Source: Antechinus flavipes (Eukaryota). From it: a stretch of 64,000 nt of DNA. Positions 52,385 through 64,000 of this stretch are shown here, piece by piece. The stretch covers positions 61,008,001 through 61,072,000 of the forward strand of contig NC_067402.1 of NCBI RefSeq assembly GCF_016432865.1, in the 5' to 3' direction. The notes under the pieces are model-generated. The model saw nothing but the letters and a program-made list of their open reading frames with translations, had not been told where the DNA came from and searched no databases. Positions within the stretch are counted from its first letter, which is position 1; each line of letters opens with the position of its first letter. The translations under genes were made by a program, and so were the position numbers.

Positions 52385-52562
52385 TCAAGAACGAAGAAAA
52401 GAGAGAGTCTGTCTGCGTTTGGGGTTCGGGACCTCTCTCACTTCCACCGCTTACCCCTTCTTAGCCAAACGCAGTCATCCTCCTCCTTTCTCCCCATGCC
52501 CAGAATCCAGGGGGATCTGAGAGTGGGCAGCAAGGGCTCCCCCCAGTCAAAGAGATCCTGTC
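52092..52562 (-). other. ARHGAP21: 5'UTR portion of the first coding exon; acceptor at either 52350 or 52562
   Basis: Two plausible acceptors on the minus strand: T28-aaag|C (exon start 52350) and ggttaacttgttccag|G (exon start 52562). The sequence alone cannot choose between them. Confidence 0.5.
52355..52382. repeat. A28 homopolymer (U28 in the pre-mRNA)
   Basis: Read directly. Confidence 0.95.
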
Positions 52563-53917
52563 CTGGAACAAGTTAACCAGAATAAACTCTCCATAACAAA
52601 GTAGCCCTTTCTCCTAATCAGGGACAAGATTCTTTTCGCCCTCCGAATGGTCCATTAGTCCTACTCAATTCGCCCCCTCAGAACATCCCCCAATTCGGAT
52701 AAAACTCCCGCAACCAGGAAGAAGGGGACACGCCGGTTTCGGCCCGCCACCCGCCGTTCTGAAGATTGGCACTGACTGTTTAGGGTGTGGGTTTTGTTTT
52801 TTTTTTTGTTTTTTTTTTAAGGCATTTCAATAACAAAGTTCTGGGGGCAGAATGTAGAATCTTCTGCATTCCTTGCAGACCAGGGGTTAACTGAACTCCC
52901 CCCAAATATCTAAAATAGCGTTTGTCAAACACGCCCACCTCACCCCCGCCTTTCTTACCCCCCCAAACTATATAAAAACAAGCTTCTGGTTTAGAAGAAC
53001 CGTTTGATGAGCCTCGAGGCGTCCGGGGCTCCCCGTCCCTCGGACAATGAAGAAAAACACAACTAGAGATACTCTTTAAAATACACGATCCCTCATCCCC
53101 TCCCTCTCCATACACCCCTTCCCCATATCAGCTACTCTCTTCCGCGGAGGTGGCTGTTTTCTTTGGCTGGCAACGGGCAAGGATGGGTGTGGAAGTGTTA
53201 AGGGCTCGGCGGAGGGGAAGGAGGCTGATGGGGACCCCCAGGGACAGACGGTCTTAACTTTGGGGGTCACCCCTCCCGTAAAGTCTGAAGAAGTCGCTAG
53301 ATCCCTTCTTGGACAGAAAATAAAACAGAGGGAATCAAGGAGAAACTGATCTATGCAAATACTCAGATGGAGACAGTACAAAAAAATATTAAGTTCGAGG
53401 ACCCCAGGTTACACACCCCAGTACTAGGGTGGGTCCGGCATAGTGGTCCAGGGGTTGGGGGGAGGAAGTACTACCTAAGTTAATGGGCGCCCCCTCCCCT
53501 TTCTAGCCCAGCCGAAACACACACATTCATACCCCAAACCTTTGGCGGGGGGGGGCCCTCTCCGATCCCCATCACCTACTCCTGCCTCCTCCGCCCCTTC
53601 CTCGGGGAAAGGGAAGCCCCGAGCTACCGGTTTAGGAGGCGGGCGGGGGCCCGCCTGGGAAGGCGGGAGCCGGTGTAGCGCTAGGCCGCGGGTTCGGTTA
53701 ATATTAATGAGGCGGCCGGCAGGGGCCGGGCCGGGCCGGACACCTCAGCGGCCGCTACCGCCGCCGCCGGCGGCCTTTGTGCCACTTCCTCCCCGGCCTG
53801 AGCGCGCGTGCACACACGCACATGCACACTCCCGGCTCCGCTCCAAGTTCTCCTGGGAGCACCCTCCAGGACCCCCCCACGTCCGTAGCCCACTTCCCCA
53901 CCCACACCCTCACGCAC

Positions 53918-54310
53918 CGGGCGCCGGCTCCTGCCGCCTCCTCTCCGCAGAGCAGCCGCCCCCGACCCCTCCCGGGCACTGCCACGACCTGCCCCGGCCG
54001 GCCGGGCCTCGTGGGGGGCGGGGCGGCAGCCGTTACCGCCGGGCTCCGGGGTCCCTGGGCGGGCTGGGCCGGGGGCCCCGCTCGGGCGCCCCGCGAGGTC
54101 CAAGTGACAGGAGTGGCTTTCTCCTCCGCCGCGCGGATTGTTTCCCGGGGGCGGATTTCTCGCTTCTTCCTCCCTGGATCCACCTCCTCCCACTCCCCTC
54201 TCTCCCCTCCCCTCTCCTCTCCTCCCCTCCGCGCCTCTCCTCCCCTCCCCAAGGGAGGCTCGAGGCTGGTTCAATGCGTGAGCGCAAAGTGCGTGCGTGA
54301 GTGTGTGTCT
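53918..54310 (-). other. ARHGAP21: Probable non-coding exon 1 of ARHGAP21 (TSS approximate)
   Basis: Donor-like GCCGGCGCCCG|gtgcgt at 53918/53917 in the core of the CpG island. The 5' end is inferred, not seen. Confidence 0.45.
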
Positions 54311-54765
54311 GGAATAATACTAGCCTCCCCGCCGAGCCCGGCACACCCCCAGCCCAACCGAGCAGCCCGAGGGCGAGGACCGGGACAACTGGGTCTAAGG
54401 AGAAGCGAGCTAGCCGAGAAGCACAGGCCCGAGGGAAAGCAGGCCTCGGCAAGGTCGATAGGGAAGCGGGGAGGGGGAGGGAGGGAGAGGAGGGTCTCCG
54501 CCTAGGTGTGTCCCCTCCTCTGAGGGTCTCGGGCTGAAAGGTGTTCATTCAAATTTTATTTAAGTCGTGGGGAATCGGAAAGGCCTGGAGGGAGAAGCAG
54601 AAGGAGCCCAGCCCCGTTCTGATATCAGCAGTCCAGACAGCGTCTCCTTCCACGCCTAAGACCCCTTTCATCCCGACCCCTCGGCCTCACTGCTACCTCA
54701 GAGCAGACCCCGAGGCTGCTCCCTCCGCTCCGCCGCGCCTCCCAACATCTCCCGCTGCAAACTGG

Positions 54766-54841
54766 CCAATGGCGAGGAAGCATGAGGGGCACGAGAGCCA
54801 ATCACGATGCTCTCCTTCTGCAAGGGGGCGGAGCCCCGCCC
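54766..54841. promoter_or_regulatory. Tandem CCAAT boxes plus an inverted pair of GC boxes
   Basis: GGCCAAT (CCAAT 54766-54770) and AGCCAATC (CCAAT 54798-54802) are 32 bp apart, followed by GGGGCGGAG-CCCCGCCC (54825-54841). Confidence 0.5.
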
Positions 54842-55589
54842 CTCGCCGAGGGAGTTGAGGTGGAGGAAGAGCCACCGCCCCCTTCTCTATCTCCCCTCCC
54901 CACTCCACCCCCGCCCCCGCCGCAGAGACCCCTCCCAGCGGGGAGATCCAGGCGAGGCCTAAGCGCAGACAACGGTGGAGGCGGCGGGGCTGAGGACCCG
55001 CCCCCTCCACCCCGCCTCGCCCCGCCCGTAGGCTGGCTCGCGGGGCCGGAGTTGGCTGGGGTCATTGTTAGCGACCGTTCCGCCGGAGAGGATGCGAGGG
55101 GTTGGGGGGGAAGGGGGGCCGCTGCTGGCTTTTGTGTCTCGGTCTCGGCGGTCCAGGGTGGAGGGGTGGGGAATGTAGAAATACCATCTAGAAGTCCAGG
55201 ACTCTTCGTCCTCCGGAGCCGTACCGAGTGCCCCTTTCTCCTCTCCCCGCCTTCTCCTCCTCCGGGTCTTCCCCCTTACCCCCCCCCCCTCCGCTGGCCT
55301 GGGGTCACGTTTCTCGATAACAAAAAAGAACCCCACCCTAAGCCTGAGTCCCTGTGCTTGGGGAGATTTCAGATCCCCCGGGGCGGGGGAGGGGAGAGAT
55401 GATGAGTCCACATAATGATAAAATTAGTCCCAAACCGGGCACGCCCCCCCTTCTCCCCCCCCACCCTCCCCGCGGTCCCCAGCCCCGGCCCTCAGGCTTC
55501 CCCTCGGCTTTTTGCTGAACAATGTTATTGGCTCGGACAAAAGAACGGTCACCTTCTGTACATGAGAGCCGCTGGGCATATGCAGTCTG

Positions 55590-55750
55590 CAGGACCTGGA
55601 TTTGAATTCTGTCTCTGCTCTTGAATACCTGGATAACCTGGGGCAAATAATGAATTTTCAGGGCCTGGGTTTCCTCCTGTGAAAAAGCAAAATAGATTTT
55701 CCAAGATTCCTTTCAGTTCTGTGGTTTTAAGAGCTATACTTGGGTTCCTT
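55590..55750 (+). mobile_element. MIR-like CORE-SINE; other MIR remnants are scattered through the window (e.g. ~11500-11620, ~14775-14945)
   Basis: ggacctggatttgaattctg...ctggggcaaat...tttcctcctgtgaaaa...aagattcctttcagttct. Confidence 0.65.
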
Positions 55751-57419
55751 TGTGATAGGGCCATATTCAAAATAACAGACAGCACATATAAAATACTTTC
55801 ATATTTAAAGAGTATGATTTCCCAAGGCTGCTCTCCGTTCCATAGTTTCAGGATCCTATGAATATTGACAAGCATTCTTTGTAATCCAAATAATATTCAA
55901 AATAATCAGTAGCTTGCATTCAGTGCCTTAAAGTATGTAAGTTCTTTATATATTTTTTTCCATTTAATTCTAGAGATAGCCTTGTGTGGAAGGTGCTATT
56001 GTTATCCCCATTTTACAGATACTAGGTAATATTTTGCAAATACCATGCAAGATGGGGCAAAGAGATAGAAAGAAAAAGAAAGGTCGTTGGTAAAGCTGGA
56101 GAAGATATGGGAGTAGACAATTTAAGTATACTTAGATAGCAACCACCCACAAATGCTAATTTAGAGGGTAAAAGGAAGGGCTTTACCACACATACTCCGC
56201 GGTTAGTTTTGAACTGTGTTTCAGATGTTAGAGAGTAGGAAATAGTTTACTCTCCAAGAAAAGAATGCATACATGAAACTGCATCAAACAGGACTCAAAT
56301 GGATTAAGACTTCTAGATACAGCTATATATATGCATATACACATATTGTGTATATACATATTTACACACGCATATATATATTATATATAAATTATGTGTG
56401 TCTGTATACACACACACATAATTTAAAGAAATTTTACTGGACCTGCATTTTTAGCACTTTGCATTTTACCATCTTTAAGAGTTTTCCAGGACACTGAAAG
56501 GTTAACTTGGAAAGAGGAATAATGGTGGGGTATATGCCAGAAAGAGAACTGGAAAGCAGGTTTTTCTGACTCAGGGTGGCTCTCTATATCCATTATGCCA
56601 TGATTTAAAAAAAAAAAAGTCCTTTACCCCTCTATTTTCCTAAGGCACACATTAGACCATGTTATTCCCCCAAATTTCTGTGGCTCCTGATTGACTCCAG
56701 AATAAATACAAACTTCTTTGTATTCCAGCCTTATTTATTACTTTCTTACATACTCCATATTCTAGGCAAATTGAATATATGGACCATTCTCCAAATTTGA
56801 CATTCTTATTTCCTACAGCACAGACTCATTCTTGGAAAAGAGCATCTTCTTAATTTCTGTAGTTTCCAAAGGCTTGTTTTCCTTCAGAGCTGAGGTATTA
56901 CCTCCCTCATTAAGCTTTTCCTGATTCACCTGCTCCCCATAATTGTCAGTGCTATCTTCTCCTCCAGTTGCCTTAGTTGTCATTCTTAAATGTGTTGTGT
57001 CCTCCAGCCCCATTCCCACCACCTTATACATACCCATAGGATAGAAAGCTCCTTGAGGGCTGGGACCATTTGCCTTTTTTATTCATATTCCTCAGATCCA
57101 GCACATAGTACCTTATACATAGTAGGTGCTTAATAATGGTCATTGGATTGTGTTAAGGATTTCAAATCATAGTATTTTAATATATATATTATATATAATT
57201 ATATTATTACTTTTTGTAATCCTTAGAACCCTGGGAGGTAGGAAAAGGTGGTGGTGTTTAGTGATTCAACTATTACTGATTCTTCATGACCCTATAGAGC
57301 TTAGCACATCAGGCTCTTCTATCCTCCTCTATCTCTGGAAGTCCAGCCAAGCTCATGTTTGTTGTTTCCATGTTGGAGTAGGTCTGTTAGAGTTGAAGCC
57401 CCTTGGAGTAACTAAAAAG

Positions 57420-57760
57420 ATTTCAGATGGAAAGTGCCATCCCCATACAAAGAGAGAGCTCTGGAGACTGAATGTGGAGCAAAACATAGTATTTTCATCT
57501 TTGTTTTTGTTATTGTTTGTTTGCTTGGTTTTTTCCTTGTGTTTTTTTTTTTTCCCCCTTTTGGTCTTATTTTTTTTTTATGCTGCATGAAGAATGTGGA
57601 AATATGCTTAGAAGAATTGCTCATGTTTAATCTATGTCAGATTGCTTACTGTCTAAGGGAAAAGGGAAGAGAGGGAGAAAAATTTGGAAGATAAGGTTTG
57701 TAAAGGTAAGTGTTGAAAACTATGTCCATATACTGGGGAAAATACTGTTAAAAAAGAAAG
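57420..57760 (+). mobile_element. L1 3'UTR remnant
   Basis: gatggaaagtgccatcc...ggagactgaatgtgg...aacatagtattttca...gtgttgaaaactat, plus an A-rich tail. Confidence 0.7.
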
Positions 57761-58308
57761 AAAGAGAGGTTTCAGCGTCATCTCTTATATAAATTTTCCA
57801 AAGGTTTTGTTAATCTTAAAATTTAAAAGTTGTCAATATGACAATTCATTGTTGTACAGATTCATATAACCCCATAGGTTAAATTATAAACCTCAAAGAT
57901 AACCCCACCCAAAGGTAATATATCCAAGTAGAAAGGAGAAAAAGGGAGTCAAGGCATTCCCTTAGATTCTATTTCTACCTCTGGTGTGATCTTGAACAAA
58001 TAAATTCTCTAGTCCTCCTTTTCTTTTCCTATAAATGAGAATAATAATACCTTGCTCCATCTACCTTACTAGATTGATGTGAGGATCAAATAAGGTAATA
58101 GATGTGAAAACACTTTGAAAAATTAGAAGTCATGTAAACAAGCATTTATTAATGGCCTACTATGTGCCAGGGACTGAACTATAAAAAACAAGGTATAATT
58201 ATTGTAACAATCGATAGGACGAGTTGATCTGATTTCCCAAAAATAAGATTATAAATATACTCAACTATATCTGTATCCTGATACTATTGAGGAAAAAGAT
58301 TTTTTCCA

Positions 58309-58324
<16 letters not shown>

Positions 58325-58339
<15 letters not shown>

Positions 58340-58478
58340 TTTGGATGAGGCAATTGGTGTTAAGTGACTTGCTTAGGGCTACACAGTGGGGAATGTTAAA
58401 TGTCTGAGGTCAAATTTGAATTCAAGTCCTCTTGACTGCAGGACCAGTGCTATTTGCCCTGCACCATCTAGCCACCCT
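58325..58478 (-). mobile_element. WSINE1-like SINE
   Basis: gaggcaattggtgttaagtgacttgc...tttgaattc...gcaccatctagc. Confidence 0.8.
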
Positions 58479-60428
58479 AATAGTAATCTTTTAATGACAA
58501 CTCTGAGAGAAACAATTTTTCTTTAACTTCAATCCAGTGGAGATGTTTCCTTACTGGGCATGTTATTAGTAAAATTTTGAATAATGATTGAATTTTTACT
58601 AAGGTAAGTTTTGAGTATAGCAAATTAGATAGAATTGAAAGAATTCCTGTAAATAATCGCCTTAATATGAAATCTGGTGGTCACCATCTTCTACTCTCCA
58701 TTTTCTAGGACCATGATTATCCAATCTAGGACTTATCTATACTTTTGATTTTTTTTATTTCCCCCCCCACCCTCATGCCAGTCTCCACCATTTCACTCAT
58801 TAGCACCTCCACCAGAGGGAGGGCAAGGGAAGGAAAAAGAGAAAAACTTAAGTTATACTTGGGTACTTTCTTGTTAACAACTCTAGTTAAAGTAGAAGAG
58901 ATTGTACTTTTTTAAAAAGTAAAAAGAAGATTGGGCTATCTGTAGATTTTACACTGATAATACTGTCCCTATTAACCATAGATAATCAAGAGCTGACAAT
59001 ACTACCATTTCCAGAAAATGCAGGTCTTTTCTTCTCACTGATGTATCAGATAAATGCATGGTTCTCTTATGAATTAACTTTCTGCCGTTTTTTTTTTTTT
59101 TTTTTTTTTTTAATCTTTATGGTGCTTCTTTTAAATACTCCCAGAAATTGTTACAGCTACACAATAACAATTTCTACCAAATACCATATAAATGTGATAT
59201 CTATCCCACCAATAGCCCAATTACATTGTTTAGGGACAAATATTATTCATTGTGGATCTCATCTGGGAATAATGTCAGAGCCAGGACTAGAATCCAGGTA
59301 GCCTAGGTCCTAGTCTAATATTAATCTATCATCATAGAGAAGAGAGCACCAGTTCAATTTCAGAACCCAGTAGTTGGACAGTTTAGAGCTACAAATGATT
59401 GTCTGTAAATCAACAGATTGAATAATACAGATAAAACTTTATAATTTGGGATAAAGCCTTTGCAAGGCTGTGATTTTGATGCATTTACCTAATAATAGTC
59501 AAAAGAGGAAGACATTCTTGTGGTCATAAAAAAATGCCATGAACTTTAAGTCTCTTTTTTATATAAAAACCAAATGGGTAAGTAACATTAATCTTTCTTT
59601 AAAAGTAATACTGAATTGAATTTAAAACAGCTACTGAAATCCCCCTGATGACTATAATTTGGAATGATGGCCATTCTTCTACAAAAAGAATTCTAGTGAC
59701 TCTCTTCACTCATTTTCCCTATGCCCATTAAATGGATTGCCTTGTTTTCTTATACAGAAAGTAAATAGTTTGCTTATTTGATTGATGGATTTGTTAAACA
59801 TTGAACTTATATATGTCCACATAATTATTTTCTTAGAGTATAAATTATTAGAGGGCAATAACTCATAGGATATCCTGAAAATAGTCTAGATAATTCAATT
59901 TAATTAAAAAATTATTAAGTACCTCTTAAGCACAAAGCACTGAACTAGGCCCCAGGAATACCAGCAGAGATAAAAAGGAAACAATCTCTGTTCTCAGGAA
60001 GCTATCCTCAACATATCTTTCCAACCATTGCACCTACTACATTCTAACACTTTATACTCATGTGAAGTTGATTTTTTGTCCTCTGAGCATTCATTCACCC
60101 AATGCTCATCTTTCCCTCAGAATCGTCCCTCAGAAATTTTTCCCTCAGAATTAAGTATTTACTTATATGCAGCTCAGTATCCAAGCTGAGTTGCTAAGTT
60201 CAAATTCAAGGTCACTCCATAATTAGAAATATATAGTCCATGGCATAATCATTGTGTTCATACCAGACATTTTTTCTTTGAACTCACTTTGCCTCCAACA
60301 CCAATGTCTTTATATCCTTAAAAATTTGAAATGTTTTCTTAAGAAAAAAGTTTGTCTCCCTTTTATAATCAGAATGCTGACAATGACATATCAGTGCACA
60401 TTTTTCTTTTTTAGAAAATATGATTTTC

Positions 60429-62058
60429 TCAAATGAAGGTGGCCTAGCTGTACCTGATCTAAAATTATGTTATAAAGCAGCAGTCACCAAAACCATTTGG
60501 TATTGGCTAAGAAATAGATTAGTTGATCAATGGAAAAGATTAGGTTCACAAGACAGAAGAGTCAATTATAGCAATCTAGTGTTTGACAAACCCAAAGATC
60601 CTAACTTTTGGGATAAGAATTCATTATTTGATAAAAACTGCTGGGATAATTGGAAATTAGTATGGCAGAAATTAGGCATGGACCCACACTTAACACCGTA
60701 TACCAAGATAAGCTCAAAATGGGTCCATGACCTAGGCATAAAGAACGAGATTATAAATAAATTAGAGGAACATAGGATAGTTTATCTCTCAGACTTGTGG
60801 AGGAGAAAGAAATTTGTGAACAAAGATGAACTAGAGACCATTACTGATCACAAAATAGAAAATTTTGATTATATCAAATTAAAAAGCCTTTGTAACAAAC
60901 AAAACTAATGCAAACAAGATTAGTAGGGAAGCAACAAACTGGGAAAACATCTTCACAGTTAAAGATTCTGATAAAGTCCTCATTTCCAAAATATATAGAG
61001 AACTGACTCAAATTTATAAGAAATCAAGCCATTCTCCAATTGATAAATGGTCAAAGGATATGAACAGACAATTTTCTGATGATGAAATTGAAACCATTAC
61101 CACTCATATGAAAGAGTGTTCCAAATCATTATTGATCAGAGAAATGCAAATTAAGACAACTCTGAGATACCACTACATACCTGTCAGATTGACTAAGAAG
61201 ACAGGAAAAAATAATGATGAATGTTGGAGGGGATATGGGAAAATTGGGACACTGATGCATTGTTGGTGGAGTTGTGAACGAATCCAACCATTCTGGAGAG
61301 CAATTTGGAACTATGCTCAAAACATTATCAAACTGTGCATACTCTTTGATCCAGCAGTGTTACTTCTGGGCTTATATCCCAAAGAAATACTAAAGAAGGG
61401 GAAGGGACTTGTATGTGCCAAAATGTTTGTGGCAGCCCTGTTTGTAGTGGCTAGAAACTGGAAATTGAATGGATGCCCATCAATTGGAGAATGGCTGGGT
61501 AAATTGTGGTATATGAACGTTATGGAATATTATTGTTCTGTAAGAAATGACCAGCAGGACGAATACAGAGAGGCTTGGAGAGACTTACATGAACTGATGC
61601 TAAGTGAAATGAGCAGAACCAGGAGATCATTATACACTTCGACAACGATATTGTATGAGGATATATTCCGATGGAAGTGGATTTCTTTGACAAAGAGACC
61701 TAACTGAGTTTCAATTGATAAATGATGGACAGAAGCAGCTACACCCAAAGAAAGAACACTGGGAAACGAATGTGAACTATCTGCATTTTTGTTTTTCTTC
61801 CCAGGTTATTTTTACCTTCTGAATCCAATTCTCCCTGTGCAACAAGAGAACTGTTCGGTTCTGCAAACATATATTGTATCTAGGATATACTGCAACATAT
61901 CTTAACATATATAGGACTGCTTGCCATCTAGGGGAGGGGGTAGAGTGAGGGAGGGGAAAAATCGGAACAGAAGCGAGTGCAAGGGATAATGTTGTTAAAA
62001 AATTACCCTGGCATGGATTCTGTCAATATAAAGTTATTATAAAATAAAATTTAAAAAA
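60429..62058 (+). mobile_element. 5'-truncated L1 (~1.63 kb) with 16-bp TSD AGAAAATATGATTTTC (60413-60428 / 62059-62074)
   Basis: Two long ORF2 remnants (EGGLAVPDLKL...; MNRQFSDDEIE...CWRGYGKIGTLMHCW...) separated by frameshift and stop lesions; 3'UTR, tail and a perfect TSD at a TT/AGAA site. Confidence 0.95.
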
Positions 62059-63634
62059 AGAAAATATGATTTTCACTTATGCTGGCCCCAATTTTACTTT
62101 TAACATCTGTGAAAATAACCACTTTCCACCAACCCACCAAGACATTTGCTGAAACAGCCTGTGAAAACAATGTTATCTGTGTATTCAAGGTACAACTGGA
62201 GGTTTGAGTAAGTGTGTTTTTGGTCACCTTAGGCATGGACACTTAAATTCCATCCATATTAGCCAGGAAACTCTGCCGGCAACTGACTTTAAGTACTATA
62301 GGCCCAATTCAGGTCAAGCTAGACTCTTCCAGAGTGTGCAGGCTTTCCATGTTATAGCTTCAAATGCAGCAAGTAAGAAGAGACATGTTAAGAATTCTTA
62401 ATTCTTTAGGCCCATTAACACCTTTCCAAGTGACTTAATTGATAAAAGAGTCATACTGAGAATTGGTTTCTTCAAGGCTATCTAGTTCAATCCCTAGCTA
62501 ATTGAGATATTCCTTCACATCATGTCTAATATATCTTCATCTAATTTTTTCTGTCTTCCTACCTCTGACCTCTAGATGAGAGAAAACATAATACCTTCTA
62601 AGATACCTGTTCTAGTTTTGAATAGTTCTAGTTATTAGAAATTTTAAAAATGTAATTTAAAAATTGCAGTTTTTACTCTTAGCTTTTAATCCTGACCTCT
62701 ACTACCAAGCAGGTGAGCCTTTTGCCCAAATTTAGACCTCTATATCTTCCCATCTTCACACCTATGCAGTTTACCCTCCCATCAGAACCCTGGACTCTGC
62801 CACTGGGAAACCAACCTTTGATTGGGGAGTTTTCCCTTCATCTTGAACCAAATTAGGTCTTCAGTCCATTTCCCAACAATATCCACTTAGTATCTCTGTC
62901 CTCCCTTGACTTTATTGATCTGCTTCATGTATTAACTTTCTCTATTAAAACCTAAGCTCCTTGAGGACATGGACTTGTTCGCTTCTATTGCTTGGTACAT
63001 AGTATATATTCAAAAACTTTATATCTAATCTTTCTTCATTGTGGCAACCCTTCAAGTCCTAAAAAAGAGAAAGCATATTCTTTCCTTCCTCCTATTTTTA
63101 TCCCCAAATATTCACTTCTTTAGGCCAAATATTTAGCAATGTTTATTCAGCACTTTCTAATACAGGAATAACTAAGCTTAAAATACAGTATCTATAGGAT
63201 CATAAATTTAAGGCCTGAAAGGATTGTAGAAGTCAACTAATCAAACCTCTTTATTTAATATACTAGGAAACTAAAACCTTGAGAAGCAACATGAGTTACA
63301 CCAAGATACACAATTAGTAGGTAAGGAAAGATAGGTTTCAAACCTATGTCCTTGACTCCAAATTTTTGTTCATTAAACTTCAGATTGATAATTATTGTTT
63401 GGCCATTTTACTCATGTCCAACTCTGGGACTGTTCTAGAGAGTTGCCAATTTTTTAGTGGAAGGATTTATATATTGGGATCCTCTACAACAAAGTACAAA
63501 CACAAGTAGAAAAACAAAATTTAGGCTAAATCTTTTGGGCTTAAATTTAAACATACATTATTCTTTTTGGCATTACTGAAAATGGAAAGTAGATTATGAT
63601 TGTTTTCCATGTGCTATCCTTTCATATAAATAAA

Positions 63635-64000
63635 TTTTTTTGTTTTGTTTTTTTTACAAGTTAAACATGGTAGAAATATATGTTAAATCCAATAAATGCA
63701 TACATATTTATACAATTATCGTGCTGCACAAGAAAAATCAAATCAAACCAGTTTAAAAAAAAAAAAAAGAGAGAGAGAGAGAGAAGCAAAATAAAATGCA
63801 AGCAAACAACAAAAGGAGTGAAAATGCTATGTTGTGAATCACACTCAGTTTTCACAGTCCTCTCTCTGGTTGTAGATGGCTCTCTTCATCACTTAATTGA
63901 AACTGGTTTGAATCGTCTCATTCCTGAAGAGATCATAATTGATCATTGTATAATCTTGTTGTTGTCATGTATAATGATCTCCTGGTTCTGCTCATTTCAT
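63635..64000 (-). mobile_element. L1 3' end, continuing past the window edge
   Basis: T-rich tail and L1 3'UTR similar to the 23975-24537 copy. Confidence 0.88.

Larger units (their letters stand above)
51750..55560. promoter_or_regulatory. CpG island / ARHGAP21 promoter region
   Basis: Abrupt change from AT-rich, CpG-poor DNA to very GC- and CpG-rich DNA that encloses the start exon; many GGGCGG boxes. Confidence 0.92.

Noticed and set aside
51757-55646. Many long overlapping ORFs (up to 252 aa) on both strands in the CpG island
   Set aside because: They are low-complexity Pro/Gly/Arg/Ala translations expected from stop-poor GC-rich DNA. Only 52017-52091 has homology and splice support, and ORF 51831..52091 simply reads through the donor.
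57126-57590. 154-aa hydrophobic ORF
   Set aside because: It is stitched from SINE/RTE and L1 3'UTR sequence plus T-rich low-complexity DNA.
21250-60460. Two independent L1s (21250, 60429) truncated within ~20 nt of the same ORF2 position
   Set aside because: With several copies truncated over a ~2-kb range, one close pair is not unlikely by chance. The TSDs and 3'UTR subfamilies differ.
60420-61707. 162-aa and 215-aa ORFs, and similar ones at 5289, 21179, 22002, 25100 and 27981
   Set aside because: These are fragments of L1 ORF2 in 5'-truncated copies with stops and frameshifts; they are not host genes or active elements.
1-64000. CRISPR arrays, rRNA, tRNA, snRNA genes, numts or endogenous viral ORFs
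   Set aside because: None seen. The tRNA-like A/B boxes belong to CORE-SINEs, and the only tandem repeats are microsatellites.

Overview
Marsupial genomic DNA, judged from the WSINE1/MAR1-type SINEs, RTE LINEs and marsupial-type L1; probably an Australian dasyurid, but the species cannot be fixed from sequence alone. The window holds the 5' end of ARHGAP21 (Rho GTPase-activating protein 21) on the minus strand. A CpG-island promoter spans ~51.8-55.6 kb, with a probable non-coding exon 1 (~53918-54310) and a first coding exon (ATG at 52091, MATRWPGPPAGDGDGTQSCGTPMEE). A 50.5-kb intron follows, then the 180-nt exon that starts the PDZ domain (1334-1513). The rest is repeat-rich intron and upstream flank: 5'-truncated L1s (five with readable target-site duplications), RTE, L2, L3/CR1, CORE-SINEs and a hAT MITE. 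I see no CRISPR array, rRNA, tRNA or wholly new gene system. The best second-look candidates are: (1) a hidden 28-codon Cys/Trp-rich alternative first coding exon in mid-intron that is in phase with the PDZ exon; (2) an L1 3' transduction of ~375 bp of foreign DNA bracketed by a 15-bp TSD; (3) a uORF cascade ending in a stop/start overlap (TAATG) on the main start codon; (4) a 36-bp-stem hairpin that pairs fully in the transcribed orientation. Repeat family names and human-protein comparisons come from memory, not database searches, and repeat boundaries are approximate unless a TSD is given.
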